From the NCBI GenBank assembly GCA_964016885.1, contig OZ024740.1, positions 157,170,001 to 157,234,000 of the forward strand: 64,000 nucleotides of DNA, read 5' to 3'. This document shows, piece after piece, positions 1 to 12,468 of this stretch. The notes under the pieces were generated by a model, which did no database searches, was not told the DNA's origin, and saw nothing but the letters and a program-made list of their open reading frames with translations. This DNA is from Eledone cirrhosa (lineage: Eukaryota). How positions within the stretch are numbered: position 1 is the stretch's first letter; each line of letters starts with the position of its first letter. The position numbers and the translations under genes were made by a program.

Positions 1-1778
1 AAAATAGCATTTTCTATTAATCATCACCATCAACATCACTTTTATTATTATTATTATTATTGTTGTTGGTGTTGTTGTTGTTGTTAGTGGTCGTAGTCAG
101 AGTGGTAGTAGAAGTAATACCCCTAAGCGTTATTATTGTTCATTTAGCTTGGGTTTGAATTTATCAATAAAATTCTTTTCTTTGATTTTTCTCTTGATTT
201 CACTTGGGCTGTGTAATTTGACCACATGTTGCTAGATGGTTACTTAAGGGTATCTGACGGACATTTGGGTCTCTGATTTGTTGACGGTGTACCCGTGCAC
301 GTTCCGATAGTGCATTTCCAGTTTGACCGACATATAGTTCTTCACAATTCGGGCATTTAATGCAGTAAATTAGATTTCTGCTTTTGCAGTTCATATTTGC
401 ATTTGGGAATATTTTTCCAGTTTTTGTTTTCATATATTGACCGGCGTGTATGGATTGACATGTGCCGCATCGACTATCATTGCATTTAGATACAGTGGAT
501 GATTGGTCTTTGTTGTTAAGGTCAAACTTTGCTTTTGTTAGTAATTGCTTCAACTTTTTTGGCTGTCTTTTACTAAGAGTCAAAGATCGATCTGTGATTA
601 AGCCTTTTAATTCATTACTTTGAGCAATGATCGGTAGGTTTGCTTTGGCAGTGTTGAAGATATTCTGGTGACATGGGTTGTGTGTCATTATAAATGGTAT
701 GACCAGTTCTTGGTTTCTTCTTCCTTGGGTTGTCCTAAGTTGTTGTATAGGTATTTTTATAGCCCGCTGTATGCCATTTTCTATAAGTAGAGATGGGTAT
801 TTTTGTTTGAGCAAAAATTCTCTTAGTTCTGTTAGGCGTTTGTACCTGGTATTCGTATCTTCTACAATGGTACAAATTCTTCTGGCTAAGCAGTATGGGA
901 TGTTGCGTTTTGTATGAGGTGGATGGCACGACTTAAAATTCAGATATATTTTCAATGTACTTTCTAAAGTCAGTACTATATTTTTCCTCTATTTCTTGGT
1001 AGAGTTGTTGTTCTAAGTATCCCATTACAGAGTTCGCGTAAACGGGAGCAAACTTCGTTCCCATCGCTGTGCCTCTAATTTGGATGTAATTCTTTCCATT
1101 GAAGAAGAAAGTGTTGTTTTCCAGAATAAGTTTAACTGCGTCTAATATAAATGGCGCTGTGAATCTAATGGGAATCATTTCTCTGTGTTTTTCCACCCAG
1201 TATTTAACCGCCTTTATTCCTAAATCATGTGTAATGTTGGTGTAAAGGCTTACCACATCAAAACTGAGTAGAAGTGAATTCGTTTCCGTGGTTTTGGGAA
1301 GATGGGACAGGAAGTCGATATCATCCCGGATGAAACTGGGTATGTGAATACATAGTGGTTTCAAAATAATGTCAACAAAATTGCTTAGACGGTGGGTGGG
1401 GCATGTTGGACCAGCTATAATAGGTCTAAGTTTTAAGTCTTTTGGGTGTAATAATTTAATGTACTCACTGTTTTGTTCTCTTACTGCCAGTTGTATTTCT
1501 TTTGACTTATGAACTTTCGGTAGGCCATACAGGTTGCTGGGTTTCGGCTCAAAATTGGTGATGTAGTCTCTTTCCTTATCAGTAAATGAGTTGTGGTATT
1601 TTGAAGCCAGGTTGTTGATCTTCTTCATGATGTTGTGGTCTATATTTGACGGTATTTCATGATAGAATGTTGTGTCTTTCAGTTGTTCCTCGACCAAATC
1701 CTTGTAGTATTCAGTATCCATTATAACAACTGCACCCCCCTTTATCTGCTTGTTTAATTATTATTGTTTTATCATTTT
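1..1778 (-). mobile_element. Penelope-like retroelement (Neptune-type), 5'-truncated copy 1; 3' UTR runs off the window start
   Basis: ORFs 933-1721 and 200-955 give PLE RT motifs (LYGLPKVHK, LRPII, SFDVVSLYTNI, GTAMGTKFAP), Cys linker KCNDSRCGTC and GIY-YIG nuclease (LIYCIKCPNCEELYVGQTG). Near-identical to 40824-42810. Confidence 0.95.
133..1778 (-). pseudogene. Disrupted PLE RT/GIY-YIG ORF
   Basis: Relative to the 41-43 kb copy it lacks ~215 bp including the catalytic RYLDD (junction ~945-950) and 29 bp near 220 (frameshift); original stop at 133-135. Confidence 0.9.
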
Positions 1779-2095
1779 ATCATTATATATATATGCACAT
1801 GTATATGTACGTATACATATGTGTGCGTATGTTTGTATGTATGTCCTTGTACCTGTATATATATATATATACATACATACATATATATATATATATAACC
1901 AAGCAAATTATAAACGTAAACATGTAAGTATGTTTTTGAAACGGTGCGCGAGTTTGAAATTAGAAATTAGAAATTATAAGCTTTCACCGTATTTTAGACT
2001 AAAGAAATTTCTAGCCTGATAGTAGGGTTTATAACCCTCGGAGAAATGGAAAAAGATGAGTGTTGCCGTACATGATTTTTTCGTTTTATATTATA

Positions 2096-2162
<67 letters not shown>

Positions 2163-2498
2163 AGATGAAAAAATCAGTGATGTATCTGAACTCAATTTAT
2201 TGTGTGTTACAATTATTTCGCCGGCGGACAGCTCGAGACACGATCATTGTGTGGATCTGTCTGATTCTGGACCCGCAGGTTCGACGGATACGTCTAATGA
2301 TTTCGGAGCAAATTCTTTCACTGGGGTATTACCGTCAAAAACTTCATCCTCTTCACGCGTCCTGTTATTGGCCGCTGGTTGTCTACGTCATCATAATTCT
2401 GACCACAGGTATCGTTCGGCTGACCATCAGCTGTCCCATGTCTGCCACACTTCAATGAATTACTGCTGGGTTTGGTAGTTCACACGTCCACGCGTGCA

Positions 2499-2554
<56 letters not shown>

Positions 2555-2957
2555 ATCACATAGATAACGACAGTCGTACGCAGAGACTCCCGCTATACAC
2601 ACACATTTAAGGAGAACATATAAACCGACAAACATACGCATACACAGACGCATGCCTACATGCCTTTATACATCACCACACACACACAGGCGCACACATA
2701 TGCATACGCGTATATATACCCGTACACACAAACACGTACAGACATATACATAGACAACCCCCTTCTTTTCCCCCCCCTTGCACACACACATACACACACG
2801 TATCCATATACACACTCGCTCGCAAACACACACACACATATATATATATACACACAAAGAAGCCCTTTCCCTACAGTGGGTGCTTGTACACACTGGCTCA
2901 CATACACTCTTACAAATATGCGCATATTCACATACACGCCCACGCACGCATAAAAAG

Positions 2958-3018
<61 letters not shown>

Positions 3019-3320
3019 AATAGCTTCTTGCTACAATACTTTCTATACCTTTCATTTATATATATACACAAATAGGATATATACACAAAGTCATATAAAG
3101 ATACAAATTGGGTCATACATGAAAGGATGCATCTTGTTATAAACATGCACATATATAAAGAATATAACCACATACATATATATACATATATATATATACA
3201 CGTACATATACACATATATATATAAAAGAATATAAAATATATTTAAAATATACATATAACGTCACATAGAGATACACAGTGTGCTATACATGACAGTGTA
3301 CGCCCAGCTGTATGTGTCTA

Positions 3321-3669
3321 CAGAGATGTTGTAACGTTGCGAACATGGATCAAACCACGTATGGAATCTTCACGTAAGGCCACATAATGGGCGTTCATCG
3401 TATTACAGTAAATAGTATGCGCAGACCGTACATAGAAAATGCGTGCAGAAAATATATTTAAAAAAAGAAAATAATACAAAAAGAAGAAGGAACGTGTATG
3501 TATATGAGATAGTACACAAGAGAAGTATGAGATACACACGTGGGTCTGTATACGGAAAATACATTGGGTGTTACAAAATGGAATACGTGGAGAGTATGGA
3601 CTCTCTATTGAAGTGCGTGAAGATTCCATGTGTGGTTTGATCCATGTTCGCAACGTTACAACATCTCTG
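3321..3669. mobile_element. MITE with 54-bp terminal inverted repeats and TA target duplication (Tc1/mariner-like)
   Basis: 3321-3374 is the reverse complement of 3616-3669 (2 mismatches); termini CAG...CTG, flanked by TA on both sides; no coding capacity. Confidence 0.8.
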
Positions 3670-4199
3670 TAATTCATATGTTTTTATGACGGCTTTGGCT
3701 CATTTTTACTGCATTAGGGGCTTTGACAGGTGGGAATGAGGGTGTGGAGGGTCTTAAAGCCTGAAACCACAGAAGGCAAAAATCCAGAATATATACCGTA
3801 AAGTGTATGACGCTCTAAATATTCAGTTAATCCATAGTATTTTATTATATCGACGATTAATGAGTGAAAATCAAAATGTTTCTCAGCAGGATTAGAACTC
3901 AGAACCTGAACTGCCAGTAAAAATACCGCTAGCACTTTATCCTTACTCAGCCAAGTTCTCATCTTATATCATTGTTGTTATAATTGTTGTTATTGTTATG
4001 GAAGATTAAACATAAATTTAGATATTTCTTTAAGCTTCAAAAAGATAATGTAAATCCATTCCTGTGATGTTTCCCTCGATTTTCTTTGAATTCGCAATCA
4101 ATATGATCACAGCTTGATGGTAATTTATAACTGTCGCCATAGATATAAATCAGCCTAATTAACTAATATCGGTTACACTCGTGATAATGTAGCCAACTA

Positions 4200-4740
4200 T
4201 GTGGTCTCTACGCAGTCTATCTGCTAGAATCAACAGCCGAATCCGCTTCAAATCTGCCATACATATGGAAACACACATTGGATAATGTGACCTGTTAAAA
4301 AGAAGACATGAATGGGATGCCATTCATTAGATATCATCGAACAGGCCTACCATCAGATGCATTCAATCACGACCACCTCGTCTCATTTTCAGCCAAAATG
4401 TAACTAGGATTACATTTCCAAAATGTCATTCTCGTTTTTAAACATATGGATTATGATTTGAGGGAAATTTGGCTGCTATTACTAAGATTCTCTATCACTG
4501 GATTGGGTAAATTGTTATTTTTGTTGTATTTTAACCCCCGGGTCAGTTTTCATTAATTAATCTTTAATCAAAGGCTTTCCAGCTACGAGCATCTCGTTCT
4601 TATCATTGACATTGCATATAAAAAATTACATTATCCAATAACTGCCACCTTTTTCAAAACAGTAATGTTAAATTTGAAGGGTATTTGGCTACTACATTTA
4701 GCAGCTCAAGAGACATCGTACAGGCGTGTTCGATGGTTCT
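4200..4740. repeat. Old dispersed repeat family of unknown class, several pieces in both orientations
   Basis: Motifs acattatccaat and gatttgagggaaatttggctgcta recur here and at ~30605-30800, ~32010-32195 and ~52045-52240 (minus). Confidence 0.55.
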
Positions 4741-5936
4741 AGGCTCATAATTGATCATATACGTTTTATAAAAAATGGTACGAAGATGAATTAAATTATA
4801 AATTCAATTTCTATCGCTCAAAGATTTGAAAATACTATGAAAAATATATGAGTATACAGATGCTTTTGAACTACTAACTTTCATCGTGATAATATTGGTT
4901 TCTGCACAAGGCCTTAAATCATAAGGAACAGTGCAAGCGAGTAAATTGACCTCGGTATATTGATGGAACTTATTTTGTTGATCTACCTTAGGAGTACATT
5001 TGAAGATTGACCATGATTTGAACAGGGAATATAAAAGATCGCAAATGAATACCACAAGACACTATTTTCAGTGCAGTTTTTTTTATAATTATGTATCTTG
5101 ATATGTAACTTAGCCACAAAACCACGCATTTGTGAGGAAGCTATAGTCTATTAAAGTGACTCATGCATATTATTATTTCTTATTTTATTGACTCACGACA
5201 GAATGAGAAGTAAAGTTGACTTCGGGAGAATTTGAAAGGGAAAGGAGTCTAAGTAAACATTATGGAGCAATCCCAGATGCTTTAACAATTCTGGTATTTT
5301 TCATAAGTATGGCATTGATCTATAAAGTAGGCACATTGTCCATGAATTTGTTTTTTTATTGATAGACAACATTGTTCTATAATGAAAACCAACGTGGCAT
5401 GAAGAGCCTTGATCAAGAACACATAACTTCGCCCGGTACAGTAATCAAATTCACGATTTTATAACAGTGAGTCCAACACTCCAGGCACGCCTCCCCTGTG
5501 ATAGATGAGGACATTGTATTTACTAATATATATTCTCTCGAACGGAAAAGTCGAACCCCAAAATCGATTTTTCGAAATGATAATATTAGACTTAATTATA
5601 ATATTACAAGGCGGCGAATTGGCTGAGACATTACCGCGTCGCATTAAAAATGCCTCGATGTGTGTTCCGAGTCTGTGTTCTTTTTTTTAATTTTGTCGAG
5701 TTCAACTTTGCATTTCATCCTTTTTAGGTCGGAAAATAAAGTGTCTTCCTACAAGAAGTTTGTGCTTCCTTTATCTCTTTATCACTCTTATTTTCTCCTT
5801 TTCTCTTGTGTTTGGAAAATATTTGTTGAGTTCCTACCGCCAGATTTAAAATGTCCAGGGCACCACTACAAGTATTAAGGACAATATACTTGTTATATTA
5901 TTATATTTCATATTTTTTTATTTTTACTATTTTCAG

Positions 5937-5997
5937 GTTTTCCACTGCTTTTCTTAATACCATGGATAATATCGAGAATAAAATATGACAACGTTCT
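5937..5997 (+). CDS. Exon of a class B (secretin/PTH-receptor-like) GPCR, TM4 to ECL2
   Basis: Acceptor tttactattttcAG, donor GTAAGT, 61 nt, phase 1 to phase 2; reads (G)FPLLFLIPWIISRIKYDNV(L), matching class B GWG-x-P...W; joins in frame to 29477. Confidence 0.88.
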
Positions 5998-6177
5998 GTA
6001 AGTTGATATTTCATACTCCATATATTTTATGTATGATATATGACAATTGCAGTTTTTCTTTTCTTCTACTTTTAATACTTTCATACTTCTAAGATATTTT
6101 CATTTCTAAGTTCATCTATATAAACAGTTATTTGCCTTTACATACAACATTCATGCACATATGCGCGCGTATATTTG

Positions 6178-6252
<75 letters not shown>

Positions 6253-6258
6253 ACATGT

Positions 6259-6700
6259 ATGATGGCTGCAGACTCTGCTAAGAGTATTGCAATCGCTTGT
6301 CAGATTATAGAGTTTGGTGCACTTTTAGGCTACCGCCAGCCACACAAACCTGTAACATATCCTAACAAGCAATGCCTGTGCTTTGAGAGTTTTTTAAGTG
6401 GAGAAAGGCCTTACACTCGACCAATCCCACTCTCTGACCATCGAAAACACTATCCGAAAAGGAGGACTAGACACATCATCGGATGCTTCAAGACGCAGGG
6501 TTTTTTTTCAGTTTCCCTCTCCTAGAAAGGTGTTGTGACAACAACTGGGGGCCTTTCACTCCTACGCGAAGAAAAAAAGTACTATATGGATGGCCGTTGA
6601 CTCTGCTGAGTTCCCCTGCCCTTTGCCGGGTCTTGTATTTCATCCCGCAGGGTGTCCAAATATCACCCTCCTCACCAAGCTAGCTTGGTGGGGTTGCCAG
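6259..6700 (-). mobile_element. Short non-coding retroelement sharing its 3' tail with RTE-clade LINEs (SINE or deleted RTE)
   Basis: 3' end gcgattgcaatactc...gagtctgcagccatcat resembles the RTE tails at ~52525-52563 (minus) and ~57995-58030; flanked by (TA)n on both sides. Confidence 0.65.
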
Positions 6701-6774
6701 TATATACATATATATATATACATATATATACATATATATATATATATCTATATATATATATATATATATATATT

Positions 6775-8038
6775 AGGAAGTGAGGTTTTTTTACAAAATG
6801 AAAAATAACCGAGGTGTCCTACACGAGTGAAAGTATAAAGAAAAAAAGATGAAATCGAAAATGCAACTGGAGTCTTATTCAAAAAAAAATATATATATTT
6901 ATTTGGTTCCTTTACCGGTTTCGCAGTTCTTCTGCTTTTCAAAAGTAGAGTTGAGATGGAGGGTCTGTGGTTTTTCTCACAACTGGTTAGTCTTTGAATG
7001 TTACTTGTTTTATATGGAAAAAAGTGGCTCGAAATGCCAGGTTTTTAGAGAAGTAATTTGATTGGTTGGTCAATAAGTATAATAAATTTCGCGCCAGTTC
7101 GCGTTACAAAGTTCTTCAAACAAGGGGGGGGGGGCTCAGGTTGTTTTTTTCATATATGAGTGTTTGAATTTCTTTTTACTTAAAAAAAGGGGCTCATGAA
7201 GGCTTTTTTTTTAAATGTAATTTGATTAGTTATAAATGAAATTAATGTTGTCACGTGAACAAGTTCATTAAATATCGCGCCCGTATTTAGGAATTTATTC
7301 TGTAGCCTTTTAGAGAATTTTATGACAATAAAAAAGTGGCTCCCGAAGGCTTTTTTTTAAAATGCAATTTGATTGGTTATAAATGAAATTATGACTGTCA
7401 CGTGAACAAGTTCCGCACCCGTATTTGGGAATTTATTTGGTAGCCTTTTCGAGAATTTTATGACAAGCAAAAGAATGGTCAAGAGAAATAGGATGGGAGA
7501 ATTGTTCTGGTTCAGTGAATATGGCTAGTCCGCTGGGGTGTCACAGTTCAGATTTTCTATAGAAATAAAGAAAGTAGACATATGTATGTTTATTTGTGTG
7601 TTTGTGTGTGTGTGTGTGTGTATAGGAAGATGATTCTATTGGTAGAAATGGGGGAAGGAGTTGTGTGTGTGTATATGGGTGTTATGTGTGTGAGAGTATG
7701 TTAAGATGGAGAGAATATATATATTTTGTGTGTGTGTGTGTGTAGGAAAGTGATTCTATTAGTAGAAATGAGGGAGGGAGTTGTGTGGGGGGGGGTTATG
7801 TGTGTGTGTATGGGTGTTATGTGTGTGTGGGAGTATGGTTAGCATATTAAGATGAAGAGAATATATATTTTGTGTGTGTGTCTGTGTAGGAAAATGATTC
7901 CGTTAGTAGGAATATTTTTGTACGAACATATTCCCCTCCCCCCCCCCCCCTTGTTTGAAGAACTTTGTAACGCGAACTTGCACGAAATTTATTATACTTA
8001 TTGACCAACCAATCAAATTACTTCTCTAAAAACCTGGC
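6775..8038 (-). mobile_element. PLE terminal-repeat/3' UTR relic with hammerhead, internal tandem repeats and inverted duplication
   Basis: tttata...aaaagtggctc and CCAAT motifs shared with the Neptune 3' UTR at 40640-40780; 7036-7135 inverted at 7938-8038; ~150-bp tandem repeat at 7180-7470. Confidence 0.7.
6910..6945 (-). ncRNA. Minimal type I hammerhead ribozyme, variant core UUGAAAA
   Basis: CTT-TTGAAAA-GCAG aagaa CTGC-GAAA-CCG-GTA-AAG; palindromic stem III ACCGGT, GUA cleavage triplet, 3-bp stem I. Confidence 0.65.
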
Positions 8039-8381
8039 GTTCTTCGTGAATTTAAAATCGAAATTTCATATCTTTGGTGTCAAAATAAAACATTTTTCTC
8101 ATTTTAGACTGTTCCGTTAACCTTCAATATCCTATATTAAACTATTTATATATTTCTATTTTTTATTTTTCATAGTAATCTTATACTCTTTATTGTATTA
8201 GTAGTATTCTTTTTTTTATTCTATTAATATTTTTATTGCTTTTATCCTTCCTTTAGATTTTTTTTTTTTTCTGAATGTGTTTCCAGTTAAGTGCAACTGA
8301 GATTTACTTGTATATGATATGACGATATTCTTAGATAGATATCTAATAAATTAAATATGTAATATGTAAAAGAGTATTAGA

Positions 8382-9680
8382 GGCGGTGAATTGGAAGAAT
8401 TGTGAGAACAGTGAATTGAATGTTTTGCTGTATTATTTTCGATTACTGATTTTAAATCCCACCGAAGTCAACTTTGTATTTCATTCTTTCAAGGTCAATA
8501 AAGCAGTACCAGTCCGGTACTGGGGTCAATTTCTCCTCCATATCCCTTTCTTACTTCCACTCTCTCACTCTTTCTCTCTCTCTCCCCTTCTCTGTAAAAA
8601 AACAGCTATGTTCAGAATTTGAGAAAGGAAGGGATTTTCCAGGTTTATGACGGTGGCTTTACGACTCCAAAAGGAATTACGGCTCCATACATACAACTAC
8701 GTATTTATACCTCGTGCTAACAGGATGAACGGAACAGACTATCGAAGACTTTATGGCACACACTTGAATTGGTAAAAGTTGCAACCAAATCTCCTTCCAA
8801 TTAGACCTTACCATTTTAAGTAAAATATACATTGAGTTGGTGGAGTGTGTAAAACTAAAAACACTAAATACATACAAACAAAAAAGAGTGGGCATAAAAA
8901 AGTGTTGGGGATTTGACAATAGTTTAATAATAATTTGTCTACTGGTATATTGTTTTCTTTTTAACGTTTCAACCTCTTATAGGGGTCGAAAAAATAACCA
9001 CGTCTGAAACAAGATGCATGACTAAACTGTAAAGCGTCAATTGTTTTCAAAGTTACGTAATGGAAATAATACAGAAAGTCAGTAATATCGGGGGAAGAAG
9101 AAAGTTGAATTAAATGAACTCCAGTTCTTGACTACTACTTTATTTTATCGACCCCGGAAACATGAAAGACTAAGTTGACCCCAGCGGAATTCGGACTCGG
9201 AACGTAAAAAGCCGGAATAGATGAATCAATACCACAAAGCGTTTGTCTGACACTCGGATGATTCGGCTAATCCACCACCTTCCTGAAATAGGAATAATTG
9301 TTTCTACTTTAGGCACATAGCCAGAAATTTTGCGGGGTGGGGGAGTCAATTAAATCAACCCCAGTGCATTACTAGTACTTTATTTTATCGATCCCGTAAG
9401 GATGAAACACAAAGCTAACCTCGGCGGATTTTGAACTCAGAGCGTAAATGGCTGAAAAGCATGGTGTCTGACCGTCTATCGATACTGACAATCCACCACC
9501 CTTCCTGGAAGGGACATGCCCAAAACTAACCTCGATGGGAATAGTCGACTAAATCAACCTCATTATTTGATAAATTCTTTGTTATATACTCCAAAAGGAT
9601 GAAAGGCCAAGTTAACCTTGGTAGGATTTCAAATTCGTACGTAAAGATCCGGGATATATACCGCAACATTCTTTTGTCCG
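8382..9680. mobile_element. Cluster of old tRNA-derived SINE copies (8382-8530 plus; ~9110-9285, ~9295-9500, ~9540-9680 minus)
   Basis: Degenerate matches to the young SINE at 39125 (B-box, gactttgcctttcatcc...ggggtcgataaaataaagta core). Confidence 0.75.
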
Positions 9681-10474
9681 ACGTTTTAATGGTTTAACTA
9701 AACCGATAAATAATCAATTCAACACTGATCCGCGCATCAATATCATCAGAATTGTATCTCAGGATATATATATCCCAAACACCGTTATTTTCCAATACTA
9801 ATTACCATACTTCGAAGCTTAAAAACCTGTTGATTGTAGAGGATATTAAAAATGTTTTCAGTAAAATATTGCTTCCATGGCGAACTTTGTACAGATATAG
9901 CTCAATAAATCCTTTGCCATATAAAAATAGCTCATAAAATTTGTAGTGTTAAAATACATTGGAAACCCGAATGATCTCTGGAAAGGATATTAACTTGTCA
10001 AAAATTAACAACACTCCGTTATAATTAACGGTGTGATCAATGCGCAATTGCATTAGCAGCATTGCTGATAACATATGATAAACTATAAATCTTACAAACA
10101 AATGAATTTAATGAGAATATAATTGGCCACTTATACACACACGTGGACATACACATACACACAAACATACACATATAAATACATTTTCACTCAGATGGGT
10201 ACATGTACACAAACACGTGCACACATACACACACATAACTATCTATCTATCTCTCTTGGTAGCTAGACGCACACAATTTTTCTGTAAGTTTCTGTCAATT
10301 TATTTACAAAAGACAGAAATTCTTGTTTAAAAAAACGCATTGTTTTGTAGATTAACCCCCAGGCTGAATTGTCAGCTGGGTGGCAATCTCATTTTTCGCC
10401 GCCACAGGGGCGAAAATTTAATTTGAAATTAATTTGAAAACTGTTTTAAAATGTTTAACATTTTGCCATCAGCT

Positions 10475-12426
10475 ATGGCAAGCGTTCAAAGAACGTTAGG
10501 GAACGTTGAAGAAGGAAAAAGAAGAGAATAGACTTTAACATTGCTAAGAACTTTGTCTGTATCGATGTAGTTAACAACAAGGTTTTGTGTAACGCAAGTG
10601 AAGTAGACAACACAAATAAAATTGAATCGCGCAGTGAAACACACAGTATACAGCACACACCAAAATCAACAGAAAAAACAATTGACACAACTACAAACGG
10701 AAAACCCGACAACAACAATAACAACAACAACACCAAAAAAATAACTTTTACAAAAACAGTCACAAATAATATACCTTTAACTCCGCATGTATTGGCGTCA
10801 CCATGGAAACCAATATGAACAACAAAAAAAAAAACAAGGTCGAACCACACATGATGGTACAACAGACACCAAAAACAACAGAAAAACAACAGAAAATAAA
10901 ACCATTGACACAACTACAAACGGAAAAACCGACAACCACAACAACACCAAAAAAGCTTTTGTGCAAACAGTCATCAAGACACAAGATTTCAAGGATCTCC
11001 ATATCTCCAATGCGAAACAGATGCTTTCTGAAGCAAAGGAGTTTATCACTTTCGGTGAAAACGGTGGATTTCAGATAAACTCACCCCCAGAAATTCGTCT
11101 GGAAACATTTCGAAGGACAATTACCTTCAGAACTGTTTCAAATGAAACAAAACGACCAACATTCCTCAGTTAAGGGGAAATTGAGGCAACCTTGAAGGAG
11201 ATATTGCCAGACATTGACTTTATTCAGAGGGCCAAACAGTACGGGAGTATTTTGGTACTCCTCAAAAGCGAGGCCCTTGCACAAAGATACTCAGTGACGC
11301 CAATACTGTCACAAAAATACACCTTTTTCCCTACATACTTGGGAAAAAGGACACAAAAAATTAGAGTTTCAAACATAGCACCAAATATTAATATTTGCTG
11401 GATATTGGCAGGATTTTTAGAGGAGAGAAAAGACACCATTCTCTCCATCAAAAGTCAACCAGACACACGTGGTCTGGTACAAATTTGGAGCAAATGAGCC
11501 CGGAAAGAATCTCCAAAATACCAGAAAAAGTGCTGGTAGACAACAACAGCCACATAAACATTTCGGTTGAAGGAGAAAACCACATTGCTTTCGTTGCAAT
11601 AGCACCACACACCTAAAGGCCTCCTGCCCTTTACAAACACGCTCAACCAAAACAATACAAAAGAAAACACTTACCAATACCAACACCAAAACAACCACCA
11701 CCACAACAACAACAACCCCCGAAACAAACAAACACACCAAAACAAACAGCCACTCAACCAACAACAACAGAAAAAACGCAGACAAAACCCCTGAAGAACA
11801 CATACCCACCCCATCCCACTCCATCAATCTCTACCACAAACACACACATCGAAACACCACCACCACACAACATACCCCTACCCCACACTCCTGACGATGA
11901 TTATTCATCAACAGATGAGGCTGCTTCTCCTTCTTTAAGTGAAGAAGAAGGAGAGCCTCGGAAATCTAAAAAACAAAAAAAGAGACACCACAAAACCCAC
12001 AAAACTCCAACATCACAAACAACACCACAGTCAAACATCCCCCTACCAGCAAAACCAACAACAACACCACCCCAAACACAAGCACCCACCATAAAAATAA
12101 AACTCCCGGACGAACAACAAACTAAGACAACAAAAACACAAACAACAATACGCATACATCAACACAAACAACAAGAGTTTGATTGAGGTCATCTCCAAAA
12201 ACCCCAAGGTGGAGACGGAGAGCAAAACTTTCGTCAAAGCAGAATCGTCTCCACACCTTAAACTTATAAGGGTTTCTATGGAAACCTATAGTGACCTGAA
12301 AAATAAATTTTCGCAGGACGTGGCCAACCTCTGCCAGAAACCCATCAAGCTCGTCCTGTTGAAATGTTTTCCCACCCCACCCAAATGGAGATTGAACAAC
12401 CCGATCTCCAGGAAACGAAAAGGTAA
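10475..12426 (+). pseudogene. Tx1 ORF1 (gag-like), frameshifted
   Basis: Fragments align with copy B ORF1 (DLHISNAKQ, YTFFPTYLGK, CFRCNSTTHLKASC at ~11586-11628, LQETKR-stop). Confidence 0.85.
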
Positions 12427-12468
12427 GTGCACCTTTTCGTTCTTTTTCTCCAACTCTTCTTCACCAGC

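Noticed and set aside
2011-2048. CTGATAG-tAGGGTT tat AACCCT-cGGAG hammerhead-like hairpin
   Set aside because: Both core segments deviate and stems I/III are not convincing; at most a relic.
2165-2478. GC-richer stretch with overlapping short ORFs
   Set aside because: No recognisable motif or compatible splice sites; unassigned.
2656-3215. Many ORFs rich in YI, CV, HT, RE or LS dipeptides here and across the window
   Set aside because: Translations of dinucleotide microsatellites.
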